Position numbers and translations under genes: made by a program. Shown piece by piece: positions 1 through 9,095 of a stretch of DNA of 56,263 bases. The first letter of the stretch is position 1; every line of letters starts with the position of its first letter. The stretch spans positions 1-56,263 of IMG/VR virus record IMGVR_UViG_3300032309_001984, one strand, 5' to 3'. Below the pieces are notes generated by a model that was given only the letters and a program-made list of their open reading frames with translations, had not been told where the DNA came from and did not search any database. The DNA comes from a virus. Its lineage: Duplodnaviria; Caudoviricetes.

Positions 1-50
1 CTCTGGGCAATGGTATACTTGAGTATCACCTATCTGGAGAGGGCTTTGTC

Positions 51-575
51 ATGACCTGTATTGCAGTTGTACGCCATGAAGATAAAATTTACATGGCTGG
101 AGATCGTGGGGCATCAGATGATGGCACCATTCTAGCACTTGAAGCACCAAAGGTTTGGAAGATAGGCCCATACTTAATTGGATATGCTGGATCAATGGAC
201 GGAGAAAGAATCCGTTACAACTTTAAACCAACTGCCCCCAACATTAAAGACACAGATAGGTTTATGCAGACAAGGTTTATTAAAGAACTAAAAGAATTCT
301 ACAATGAGTTTTGGGTTGACACATCAAAAGATGGAGACCTTGGTTTAATTATTGCAGTTCGTGGAAACATCTATGAGCATAGTTCTGCGGACATGTCTTT
401 ATCTAAGTATACACTCCCATACCTTGCTATGGGGTCTGGAGCAGAGTATGCATATGGAGTTTTATATGCAACAGATAAACAAAAAAATGCAAGGAATAGA
501 GTAATCCAAGCAGTAAATGCTGCAATTAAATTTAACCCATCATGCATGGGCCCAGTTGACATCGTCAGTCTATAG
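51..575 (+). CDS. Proteasome beta/HslV-like Ntn-hydrolase peptidase
   Basis: Starts M-T-C-I-A-V (Thr1 after Met removal), then AGD..., PKVWK and AMGSG motifs typical of Ntn threonine proteases; GGAG-like SD upstream. Confidence 0.75.
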   Translation: MTCIAVVRHEDKIYMAGDRGASDDGTILALEAPKVWKIGPYLIGYAGSMDGERIRYNFKPTAPNIKDTDRFMQTRFIKELKEFYNEFWVDTSKDGDLGLIIAVRGNIYEHSSADMSLSKYTLPYLAMGSGAEYAYGVLYATDKQKNARNRVIQAVNAAIKFNPSCMGPVDIVSL

Positions 576-590
576 GAGTATACTTTTAAT

Positions 591-812
591 ATGAGCGAAG
601 AATTTGAAGAGATTCTAAAAGGTATTCAAGCGACTGAATTAGATTATGATGAATTTGAAATCTGGCTAAATAATGGAATTGAGCGTGGATGGATAACAGA
701 GCCTTTCTGTAATACTCATGATGGAGATCCATACATGAGTGATGAAGAGCAAGAAGAGTGGGAGTCTGGCGGAGATCCTTGCCAGGTAGTATTTAAAATA
801 AAGGAGCAGTAA
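591..812 (+). CDS. Hypothetical acidic protein (CNTHDG ... DPC)
   Basis: ORF with leaderless promoter GAGTATACT 6 nt upstream. Confidence 0.7.
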   Translation: MSEEFEEILKGIQATELDYDEFEIWLNNGIERGWITEPFCNTHDGDPYMSDEEQEEWESGGDPCQVVFKIKEQ

Positions 813-817
813 TTTAA

Positions 818-1951
818 ATGTGTATAGTTTGTGTATCTACAGTAACAGTTGCGTCTTTGCTTGCACCAACCCAAGCACCAGTTGAAGTAAAGCCTATTCA
901 AAAAAATATTCAAGAGTATGAGTTTACTAATAAGTCATGCTCTCAGTCTAACTTAAATAAAGTTAAAAACAATACAATATGTTTAAAAAATGGAAAAGTT
1001 TATAGATGGGCTGTAAAAAAATCACCTGTTGTGACACCAACACCAACTCCAACACCAACACCAACGCCCACACCTACACCTAGTGCAAAAACACAACCTG
1101 CAGAAGAAGTTACAACACTTCAAAAAATTTATAAAAAAATTACTGAGCATTACAACAATAAAAGTGATTTCAGACTTACAGTAATCAAAAGTCCTCTTGT
1201 AAATGAAAAAAGAGTATTAGAGATTGTTCAAAAATATGAGACAGCAATAAATGCATACCCTGTTAACACAAATAGAAAAATTACTTGGGTTTTTGTAAGC
1301 GAAGAAGAAAAGCAATGGTATGTAAAAAAATCTTTAGAGATAGATAACTATGACTGGACATCTTGGTGGGATAAGGGTAAATGCTTTATTTCTTCATCTA
1401 CTGTTTGCGCTTATGGAAATTCAGATACTAGAAATCCAATATTTTATATGGTTGTAGGATCAAAGTCTTCTTGGACAGAACAAGATCAAATGAATGCAGA
1501 ACATGAAGCAGCACATATCTATCAAATGATGACATGGTCAAATGGCTACCCATCTTGTTGGGTTGTAGAAGGACAAGCAAATGCATTGGGTATTGCAATG
1601 GCATCTAGATATAAGCAAGTGCTTACAGCAAGAAACGGTCAAATTTTAGAAATGTCAAAGTTTGTTCCAAATTATCAAAAAATGTCTAAAGAGGAATGGA
1701 TTAACCTCTTTAAAAAATATAATAACGACAATGATTCTTGTATAAAAGATTTAGCAGGCTACTCTTTAGGAATGGTGGCTGTAGAGTCTTTGTTTTTAAA
1801 TAGTTCTGCATCAGATGTTGATAAGTTTATAATTAACTACTCACAAACTTTAAATCTTGAAAAATCTTTAAATTCTATTTTAGGCATAACTCTTGATCAG
1901 TTTTATATTAATTTTGCTGACCATATGACTAATGCATTAAAGGGTAGGTAA
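818..1951 (+). CDS. Secreted/surface protein with PT linker and HExxH metallopeptidase-like domain
   Basis: Hydrophobic N-terminus, (PT)n linker at about 1035-1082, HEAAH followed by EGQA. Confidence 0.6.
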   Translation: MCIVCVSTVTVASLLAPTQAPVEVKPIQKNIQEYEFTNKSCSQSNLNKVKNNTICLKNGKVYRWAVKKSPVVTPTPTPTPTPTPTPTPSAKTQPAEEVTTLQKIYKKITEHYNNKSDFRLTVIKSPLVNEKRVLEIVQKYETAINAYPVNTNRKITWVFVSEEEKQWYVKKSLEIDNYDWTSWWDKGKCFISSSTVCAYGNSDTRNPIFYMVVGSKSSWTEQDQMNAEHEAAHIYQMMTWSNGYPSCWVVEGQANALGIAMASRYKQVLTARNGQILEMSKFVPNYQKMSKEEWINLFKKYNNDNDSCIKDLAGYSLGMVAVESLFLNSSASDVDKFIINYSQTLNLEKSLNSILGITLDQFYINFADHMTNALKGR

Positions 1952-1957
1952 TAATTA

Positions 1958-2053
1958 ATGAAAAAAATTAAATCAATTTATCTTGCAGTAAAAAATTATT
2001 TTATTATCAAAAAAATAAAAAAAATACTTAAAAAAAGAAATTTTATTTATTAA
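1958..2053 (+). CDS. Small Lys-rich peptide ending FIY (31 aa)
   Basis: Read by hand: MKKIKSIYLAVKNYFIIKKIKKILKKRNFIY; stop overlaps the next ATG (TAATG). Confidence 0.6.
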   Translation: MKKIKSIYLAVKNYFIIKKIKKILKKRNFIY

Positions 2054-2877
2054 TGAAAAAATTAAAAAATTTTTATATAGTTCCAGACTCTGTATCTGAA
2101 AATAGTTTATCTTTTGACAGTTTGTTTTTAGATATTCCAAAATCAAATATTCCTTTAGATATTGAAAAATGGACAAAACTATTTAAAAAAAATCATTCTG
2201 AAACTTTTATTTCAGAAATTAATAGTCTTGGATTTCGTTCCGATGAATTTAAAACAAAGCATAACGACAAGCATATTCTTTTTTTAGGTTGCTCTTATAC
2301 TTGGGGAACTGGCATGTACCTTGAAGAGGTTTGGTCAAAAATGCTATATGAAAAAATTAAAAAAGAAAGTGGTGCTTCTGGATTTTTTAATCTTGGCGTA
2401 CCAGGAGACTCTATATATTCTTCAGTAACAAACGCTTTTAAATATTTTAAAAATTTTGGTAACCCAGATATTTTATTTTTTAATATACAAGATATAAAAA
2501 GATTTTATGCATACAACAAAGAAGATGATTTTTTTTATAGATCAACAGTTTCAGATAGTCAGGTTTTAGAATTAATGGCTTATCAATATTATTATATGTT
2601 AGAGCAATATTGTGCAGCAAACAAAATTCTTTTAATAGGTTTTACTTGGTGCTTAGGGTATGAAATTCATCCACTGGACAATCTTAAAAGTTTTAGTTAT
2701 CCTAAAATAAAAAATGTTTCAGATTTTGTTTTAAAGTATAAAAATGAAAACTCGAATCAAGAAGAATCTCTTGTCGCAAGAGATGGATCTCATATGGGAA
2801 AGGCTTATCATAAATATTGGTCTGAATATGCATATGCTCAATACAAAAAAACATTAAATGGTATAATAGAAATATGA
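2053..2877 (+). CDS. SGNH/GDSL-like hydrolase-fold protein
   Basis: GFRS, LGCSYTWG (block I), NLGVPG (block II), DGSH (block V). Confidence 0.65.
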   Translation: MKKLKNFYIVPDSVSENSLSFDSLFLDIPKSNIPLDIEKWTKLFKKNHSETFISEINSLGFRSDEFKTKHNDKHILFLGCSYTWGTGMYLEEVWSKMLYEKIKKESGASGFFNLGVPGDSIYSSVTNAFKYFKNFGNPDILFFNIQDIKRFYAYNKEDDFFYRSTVSDSQVLELMAYQYYYMLEQYCAANKILLIGFTWCLGYEIHPLDNLKSFSYPKIKNVSDFVLKYKNENSNQEESLVARDGSHMGKAYHKYWSEYAYAQYKKTLNGIIEI

Positions 2878-2957
2878 TAAAAATTAAATATTATCTTGCA
2901 AAAATTAAAAAATTAATAAAGAAAAAAAATAAAAAATCAAAGGGATTTATTTATTAA
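2874..2957 (+). CDS. Small Lys-rich peptide ending FIY (27 aa)
   Basis: MIKIKYYLAKIKKLIKKKNKKSKGFIY; TGGTATAAT promoter 6 nt upstream; TAATG overlap with the next gene. Confidence 0.6.
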   Translation: MIKIKYYLAKIKKLIKKKNKKSKGFIY

Positions 2958-3886
2958 TGGATATTCTAACTATTTTAACTATGAAAGAGAACACAAGTAG
3001 CCAGTACTCAAAAACAAAAGAAGAGTATGTAGATTTTTTGTTTAAGAACAAACTTGAAACTTTTCAATCTAATAAATCAACAAGAGGCTTTTATAGGGGT
3101 GATGTTCTTGTAGATCAAGAGACTGAATATGAAAACAATTCTTTTGGATATCGTGGTGGTGAATGGTTGGGACAAGCAGATGTGTTAGCGCTAGGATGCT
3201 CAATGACCTATGGAGTTGGTATTCCAATGGATGGAAGTTGGCCAGCAATTTTATCTAAAATTATAAATAAAAATGTAAGAAATTTATCTCAGCCAGGAGC
3301 ATCAATTAATGAGATAGTTGCAAAAGCCTTTAAATATTTTGAAATGTTTGGAAATCCTAAAACAATAGTATGCTTATTCCCAGACCCATACCGAATAACT
3401 ATTTCAAACAATCAAAATTTAATAACCTCTCAAGACAAAGAAGATAGGTTACTTACTACAGTTTTTTTAAATGGTCTTCACGATATTGAAAAACGAGAAA
3501 AATATTTAAAAAAGCCATATTGCTATGAAGATGTTTTACCACAAGAAGTTCCAATATTTTTTTCAACTCAGTATATTCATATGTTAGAACAATATTGCAA
3601 ATCAAATAATATTAATTTGGTATGGTCAACATGGTTTAATGATTTTGGCAAAGCAATAGATTCAGTTGAAGATACAATTTTTAATAATTTTTTTTATAGT
3701 AATGAATTTCCTATTGATTTAAAAGATGTTGAAACTGAATGTCATAAAGAATATGTAAAAGATTTTATAAAATACTTTGATTCAGGGTTAGACATCGAGG
3801 ATAATTATGACTACAGGCACCCTGGAGTTCACAAGCATATACACATTGCAGAAGTATTTTATAATAAAATAAAAGAGATGCTATGA
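2957..3886 (+). CDS. SGNH/GDSL-like hydrolase-fold protein (paralog of 2053-2877)
   Basis: GYRG, LGCSMTYG, NLSQPG, DYRHPG; shares the MLEQYC motif with the upstream paralog. Confidence 0.65.
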   Translation: MDILTILTMKENTSSQYSKTKEEYVDFLFKNKLETFQSNKSTRGFYRGDVLVDQETEYENNSFGYRGGEWLGQADVLALGCSMTYGVGIPMDGSWPAILSKIINKNVRNLSQPGASINEIVAKAFKYFEMFGNPKTIVCLFPDPYRITISNNQNLITSQDKEDRLLTTVFLNGLHDIEKREKYLKKPYCYEDVLPQEVPIFFSTQYIHMLEQYCKSNNINLVWSTWFNDFGKAIDSVEDTIFNNFFYSNEFPIDLKDVETECHKEYVKDFIKYFDSGLDIEDNYDYRHPGVHKHIHIAEVFYNKIKEML

Positions 3887-5313
3887 TAATTTTAGGGGTC
3901 AATGAAACAACCCATGATGCATCTATTTCTTTAATTAAAGATGGAGAGATACTTTTTGCAGGACACGCAGAAAGATACAGTAAGAAAAAAAATGATTGGT
4001 TTACAAACAAAGAACTAATTAAAGATGCATTGCAGTATGGATATCCAGATCAAATTGCATATTACGAAAAGCCTTTGCTCAAAAAACTTAGAATAAATAC
4101 TAGAGGTGGCTTTGGTGGGGGTACACCATGGTTTGAATCCACAGAACTTAGAGACTTACCAAGAAAAAACTTTGGTCATCACTACTCTCATGCAGCAGCA
4201 GGATACTACACAAGCGCATTTAATGATGCCTGTATCGTTGTTTTGGATGCAATTGGTGAGTTTAACACATCAACAATATGGGTTGGTGAGGGCGACAAGA
4301 TTAAACTTAAGTACAAAAAAAATTATCCAGTCAGTTTTGGATTGTTCTATTCTGCATTTACACAACTGGTTGGTCTTATGCCAAACCAAGAAGAATATAT
4401 TATGATGGGTATGGCTGCTTACGGAGATTGGACAAAATATTATAAAAAAGTTGACGAGTATTTTCCAAATTACGATGAGCAAAAATATAATTTTCATAAG
4501 GGAATCACTTACTGGGGATGGGTTTCAGAACAAGATAAGTTTGATATAGCAGCAGCAGTACAAATGGTATACGAGCAAAGGTTAAACCAATTTATGCGTA
4601 TGGCAAAGCATCTTACTGGAAAGAATAATTTAGTATTTATGGGTGGTTGTGCTCTTAATTCTTCAGCCAATACCCTTCTTTGGAATATCTTTAAAGATGT
4701 TTGGATCATGCCAAACCCAGGGGATGCTGGAAGTTCATTGGGTGCTGCAGCAGCATTATACGGTAAGCATATTGACTGGAATACTCCTTATCTTGGTTAT
4801 GATTTAGGTGGTGATTATCCCGTTCAAAAAATTGTTGACGGTATATTAAAAGATGGAATTGTTGCAGTAGCAGCAGGAAGAGCAGAGTATGGACCCAGAG
4901 CATTAGGAAATAGAAGCATTCTTGCAGATCCAAGAGATCCACTAATTAAAGACAAGGTAAATCTAATTAAACAAAGAGAACTATTCAGACCATTTGCTCC
5001 AGTAGTTATGGAAGAGTGTGCCTCTAAATGGTTTGATATGGACTTTACAAGCCCTTACATGCAGTATACAGTCAAGTGCTTACAGCCTGAGAAGATACCA
5101 TCTGTAGTTCATGCTGATGGAACATCAAGGGTACAAACTGTCAATAGAGACCAGCATCGTGGTCTGTATAGGGTTTTAAATAAATTTTATCTTGAAACTG
5201 GTGTTCCAGTATTGCTTAACACTAGTCTTAATATAAAAGGTCAACCACTTCTTAATGATGAGATTGACATTATTAAATGGGAAAAAGAGTATAACTTTAC
5301 AATATTTGGGTAA
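3883..5313 (+). CDS. O-carbamoyltransferase (NodU/CmcH family)
   Basis: HDAS, HHYSHAA, GGCALN, EYGPRALGNRS, RPFAP and LLNTSLN motifs. Confidence 0.95.
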   Translation: MIILGVNETTHDASISLIKDGEILFAGHAERYSKKKNDWFTNKELIKDALQYGYPDQIAYYEKPLLKKLRINTRGGFGGGTPWFESTELRDLPRKNFGHHYSHAAAGYYTSAFNDACIVVLDAIGEFNTSTIWVGEGDKIKLKYKKNYPVSFGLFYSAFTQLVGLMPNQEEYIMMGMAAYGDWTKYYKKVDEYFPNYDEQKYNFHKGITYWGWVSEQDKFDIAAAVQMVYEQRLNQFMRMAKHLTGKNNLVFMGGCALNSSANTLLWNIFKDVWIMPNPGDAGSSLGAAAALYGKHIDWNTPYLGYDLGGDYPVQKIVDGILKDGIVAVAAGRAEYGPRALGNRSILADPRDPLIKDKVNLIKQRELFRPFAPVVMEECASKWFDMDFTSPYMQYTVKCLQPEKIPSVVHADGTSRVQTVNRDQHRGLYRVLNKFYLETGVPVLLNTSLNIKGQPLLNDEIDIIKWEKEYNFTIFG

Positions 5314-5349
5314 GATGGTATAATAGATAAGAGACAAAGGAGGCCAGAT

Positions 5350-6033
5350 ATGGCAGCAAAAGGATCGGTAGAAGCAATCATAGAGGTTGCAAAGAAAGAA
5401 GTGGGCACAATTGAAGGCCCAAAGGATAATGAAACAAAATATGGTGCATGGATTAAGGTAAACTTTCAGCCATGGTGCCAGTCATTCGTTTCTTGGTCAG
5501 CATTTACTGCTGGAGTAAAATCATTTCCAAAGTCTGCATCAACAGTTGCAGCATCAGATTGGTTTAAGAAGGCTGAGCGTTGGTCAGATGCTCGCAATGA
5601 TGATCCACAAGCAGGAGACTGGATCTATTTTGATTTTCCAGATGACGGTGTAAATCGTATTTCACATGTTGGTCTATGCATCAAGAACAATGGAGATGGA
5701 ACCATTCAGGTTATTGAAGGAAATACTTCTGGAACCGCAAAGGGAGATCAAAGAAATGGCGGAATGTGTGTAGAAAAGACTCGTGCTTATGTAAAAAATA
5801 ATAAGAAGAAGTTAGTTAATGCCGTAGTTGGTTGGGGTCGTCCAGTATATACTGGTGAAGAAAATGCTCCACTTTTAAATAAAGTAGCAGCAACAGCAAC
5901 CATAGCATCTCCACCATATTTTCCACCACCATATTTCTCAGCATCATGGGGTGGCGGAGGAACTGCTCCAGCACCGCAAGTAGAAAAGAAAGCACCCGCA
6001 AAGCCTAAAACTAATTCAAAAAAGGCAAAGTAA
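5350..6033 (+). CDS. CHAP-domain amidase (probable endolysin)
   Basis: PWCQSFVSW catalytic Cys, SHVG His, IEGNT; low-complexity tail containing [16 protein letters not shown]. Confidence 0.85.
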   Translation: MAAKGSVEAIIEVAKKEVGTIEGPKDNETKYGAWIKVNFQPWCQSFVSWSAFTAGVKSFPKSASTVAASDWFKKAERWSDARNDDPQAGDWIYFDFPDDGVNRISHVGLCIKNNGDGTIQVIEGNTSGTAKGDQRNGGMCVEKTRAYVKNNKKKLVNAVVGWGRPVYTGEENAPLLNKVAATATIASPPYFPPPYFSASWGGGGTAPAPQVEKKAPAKPKTNSKKAK

Positions 6034-6233
6034 TGGAATCAACAAAAAGAACATTACTAAAAACTGTTAGTTGGGAAACGTTTCATCTAGTTGGAGTTGC
6101 TGGAGTTATCTATCTCTTTACTGGCGAATGGGAATACGCAAGCCTTGGAGCGCTTTTATACATTGGATGGGAAGCACTTGGATACTTTATCCATGAAAGA
6201 GTTTGGGCAAAGTTTGGAAACAAGGTTTCTTAA
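6033..6233 (+). CDS. DUF2061-like small membrane protein
   Basis: RTLLKTVSW ... YFIHERVW signature. Confidence 0.8.
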   Translation: MESTKRTLLKTVSWETFHLVGVAGVIYLFTGEWEYASLGALLYIGWEALGYFIHERVWAKFGNKVS

Positions 6234-6237
6234 TAAT

Positions 6238-6843
6238 ATGAATACTGAGAAAGGGGAAGTCATTAAAAGCATAAACAATAAACTTTTTATAATAGAAGAC
6301 TTCCTCTTTCCAGAAACTTGTGAACTTCTTATTAAAGAGTTTTCAAAAGATTTAAAAAATATTGGAAAGCCTGGAATCTTTGGTGGGCCAGGTGGCGATG
6401 AAAATAAGGACGCAAGGCTGACATCATCTTTAAATAAGATATCAAAGAAGACAGATGATTCTGAGTATAACGTTGCTATTGATTTGTTTACATCAATTTG
6501 TACAAATATTGAAAAAACTGCTTCAATAATATTTAAGAAAGATCTTGTTTTAAGGTCATACTTTTATAGTCATATGAAAGAAGGTGGGAAAAATTCTTTG
6601 CATACAGACAATTACTCTGAAGACTATGCAGAAGATTTTTCAGCAATACTATATCTTTCAGATTCTTATCAGGGTGGATTAATAAGTTTTCCCAAACTAG
6701 AGACAAAATTAAGGCCAAAGCCAGGGACTTTAATTACGTTCATCGGTAATGAAGAGTTAGAGCACGAAGTGGAAGAAGTTTCTGCTGGAGACAGAGTTAA
6801 TATTATATGCTTTTTAAATGAAAGGAGAAATCATGAGAATTAA
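6238..6843 (+). CDS. 2OG-Fe(II) oxygenase (prolyl-hydroxylase-like)
   Basis: HTD, YLSDSYQGG, HEV...R; start moved to ATG 6238. Confidence 0.85.
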   Translation: MNTEKGEVIKSINNKLFIIEDFLFPETCELLIKEFSKDLKNIGKPGIFGGPGGDENKDARLTSSLNKISKKTDDSEYNVAIDLFTSICTNIEKTASIIFKKDLVLRSYFYSHMKEGGKNSLHTDNYSEDYAEDFSAILYLSDSYQGGLISFPKLETKLRPKPGTLITFIGNEELEHEVEEVSAGDRVNIICFLNERRNHEN

Positions 6844-6940
6844 AATAATTAGATTTGTTGTTAAAGCCCTAGGATATGAATGGGGCGGAGATTTGCTTAA
6901 TGCACCAATTTGGACAGTTAAAGAAAAGAAAAAGAAGTAA
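6833..6940 (+). CDS. Small hypothetical protein (35 aa)
   Basis: AAGGAG SD; MRIKIIRFVVKALGYEWGG...; stop overlaps the next ATG. Confidence 0.55.
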   Translation: MRIKIIRFVVKALGYEWGGDLLNAPIWTVKEKKKK

Positions 6941-7122
6941 TGGCTATTTATGAATATAATTGCAATCAGTGCAATGATAATTTTATTAAGCAAAGATCTA
7001 TTTCAGAGGATGATCCAGGGTATAAGTGTGAAACTTGCAATTCAGATCTAACTCGTGTATACTCTAATATAGGAGCAGTTTTCAACGGTAGTGGATTTTA
7101 TTCCACTGATAACAGAAAGTAG
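6940..7122 (+). CDS. FmdB-family zinc-ribbon protein
   Basis: MAIYEYNCNQC ... CETC ... FNGSGFYSTD. Confidence 0.85.
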   Translation: MAIYEYNCNQCNDNFIKQRSISEDDPGYKCETCNSDLTRVYSNIGAVFNGSGFYSTDNRK

Positions 7123-7131
7123 TAGTATACT

Positions 7132-7389
7132 ATGAAGACAATGATTGATAATCCAGTAATAGAAAAAGAATGGACCCTTAGCCCTAAAGATCGGTGTGAC
7201 TCTTGTGCAGCAGAGGCTTTGGTTCAGGTTAATGGAATTTCTGGAGATTTAATGTTTTGTGGACACCACTATAATAAGATTATGGATAGTGCTGAAGGAT
7301 ATAAAAAGATGATGTCTTTTGCACTTACAATCATTGACGAAAGAGAAAAATTGATTCAAAATAAAATAAAGGATAAAGACTATGTATGA
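7132..7389 (+). CDS. Hypothetical Zn-binding protein (DRCDSC ... LMFCGHH)
   Basis: Cys/His pattern seen in small actinobacterial/actinophage proteins. Confidence 0.65.
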   Translation: MKTMIDNPVIEKEWTLSPKDRCDSCAAEALVQVNGISGDLMFCGHHYNKIMDSAEGYKKMMSFALTIIDEREKLIQNKIKDKDYV

Positions 7390-7789
7390 GTATTATGTAA
7401 GAAAAGTAGAGAACGTAGTAGATGGAGACACCATTGATGTTCTTATTGATTTAGGGTTTGATATTCTTTTTGCATCTCGTGTTAGACTGGCTGGTATTGA
7501 TACCCCTGAATCTCGCACAAAGGATCTTGCTGAGAAGGCTCTTGGTCTTGAAGCCAAAGAGTACCTAAAGAAGTCTCTAAAGGATGCCAAGTCTGTTGTA
7601 ATTAAGACTGAGAAGATGGACTCATCTGAAAAGTATGGTCGCATTTTAGGCTGGGTATATGTAGATGGTAACACAGTATCCCTTAATGATATGATGATTA
7701 ATGATGGGTATGCTTGGGGTTATCTTGGAGACACAAAGGTAAAAGATTTTACAGCACTTGCAAAGGCTAGAAAGAAGTCTGGAAAGTGA
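7382..7789 (+). CDS. Thermonuclease (SNase-like)
   Basis: VVDGDT, RLAGIDTPE, KYGRILG. Confidence 0.9.
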   Translation: MYEYYVRKVENVVDGDTIDVLIDLGFDILFASRVRLAGIDTPESRTKDLAEKALGLEAKEYLKKSLKDAKSVVIKTEKMDSSEKYGRILGWVYVDGNTVSLNDMMINDGYAWGYLGDTKVKDFTALAKARKKSGK

Positions 7790-8037
7790 GACATGTCCTA
7801 TACTTTACTGCAGACTGGTGTAACCCATGCAAAAGAACAAAACCTTTTGCAGATGAACTTGTGTCTGAAGGCGAGAACATTAAATTTATTGATGCTGACT
7901 CTGAGCCAGATATGATTAAAAATTTTAAAGTTTTAAGCGTTCCAACATTTATTTTAATTGAAAATGAATCTGAAATTAAAAGAATGAATGGTGCAAAAAC
8001 AAAAGAAGAACTGTACAGGTTCATCCATGAAGAATGA
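7786..8037 (+). CDS. Thioredoxin
   Basis: WCNPC active site, cis-Pro motif SVPTF. Confidence 0.9.
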   Translation: MRHVLYFTADWCNPCKRTKPFADELVSEGENIKFIDADSEPDMIKNFKVLSVPTFILIENESEIKRMNGAKTKEELYRFIHEE

Positions 8038-8221
8038 GATATCTGATATGATCCTTGATGGAAGCCTTGAGTTTGCTGGAGTAGACGATAAGTCTGGAGA
8101 AATTGTTTATAGTTTTCCTAAAGAAAATTCATTGATAGATTCTGAAGATAGTCAAAGTTATTTTTTTTATGATCAAGTAAAAGAGTTTATTGTAAATAAA
8201 GATAACAAAGAAAAGGAATAA
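8027..8221 (+). CDS. Hypothetical protein (short paralog of 10322-10651)
   Basis: ILDGSLEFAGVDDKSGE resembles ILNGGLEFAGIDKETG. Confidence 0.55.
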   Translation: MKNEISDMILDGSLEFAGVDDKSGEIVYSFPKENSLIDSEDSQSYFFYDQVKEFIVNKDNKEKE

Positions 8222-8222
8222 A

Positions 8223-8843
8223 ATGAAAAGAAACATACTTGAAAAAAATATTTACTACTATGAAAATGCAGTAAAAGATCCAGACATTCTTATTCAAAAT
8301 ATAGAAAAACTAGATGAATTCTTAACAGAAAAAACTGGGATATCTAAATGGACTGATTGGACTGCGTATCAGTCTGACTATTCTTTTGGAAAGCAAAAAA
8401 TGATAAGAACAGAGTTTTTTAACTTAAACAATGATATAGATAAAGAATGCAAAAAAATATATCAAACACTTTATGATGCTATAGAGTCTGTTTCAAAAGA
8501 CTACGAGTCTATGCACCCAGGCTTAGATATTGGAATGCTTTGCCCAATGTCAATAAGTAAATATTTTGTTGGCAGTATGATGGGCCCACATGTAGATTGT
8601 CATGATGATGATAAAGGAAAGACAATATCTGTTGTATTGTATCTAAATGATGATTACACTGGAGGAGAGTTAAACTTTAAAAATCAGGAAATTAAGATTA
8701 AGCCATCTGCTGGAAGCATTGCAGTTTTCCCATCAAGGTCTCCATATTTTCATGAATCGCTGCCAGTTTTAAGTGGAGAAAAATATATGACTCCAGGATT
8801 TTGGGAAAATAGAGATATTTATCAAACAATACTTGCAGATTAA
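8223..8843 (+). CDS. 2OG-Fe(II) oxygenase (prolyl 4-hydroxylase-like)
   Basis: HVD, YLNDDYTGGE, HESLPVLSGEKY. Confidence 0.9.
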   Translation: MKRNILEKNIYYYENAVKDPDILIQNIEKLDEFLTEKTGISKWTDWTAYQSDYSFGKQKMIRTEFFNLNNDIDKECKKIYQTLYDAIESVSKDYESMHPGLDIGMLCPMSISKYFVGSMMGPHVDCHDDDKGKTISVVLYLNDDYTGGELNFKNQEIKIKPSAGSIAVFPSRSPYFHESLPVLSGEKYMTPGFWENRDIYQTILAD

Positions 8844-8885
8844 TTGCTTTACTGGTATACTTATTTATAAAGTCTGGAGATAGTT

Positions 8886-9095
8886 ATGTGGTCATGGATA
8901 TTAGCAGTAATTGGTGTAACTGGAATTTTCTTTGTTGGTCGCAAGACCATATGGGGATGGTTTGTTTTACTATTTAATGAATGTCTTTGGATTGCGTATG
9001 CATTAATAACAGATCAATATGGTTTTATTTTTTCTGCATTGGCATATGCAGCAGTATATATTAAATCGTACATACATTGGAAGAGGGAAGAATGA
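8886..9095 (+). CDS. Small membrane protein, PnuC-like
   Basis: Three hydrophobic helices with WGW and W..Y pattern. Confidence 0.55.
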   Translation: MWSWILAVIGVTGIFFVGRKTIWGWFVLLFNECLWIAYALITDQYGFIFSALAYAAVYIKSYIHWKREE

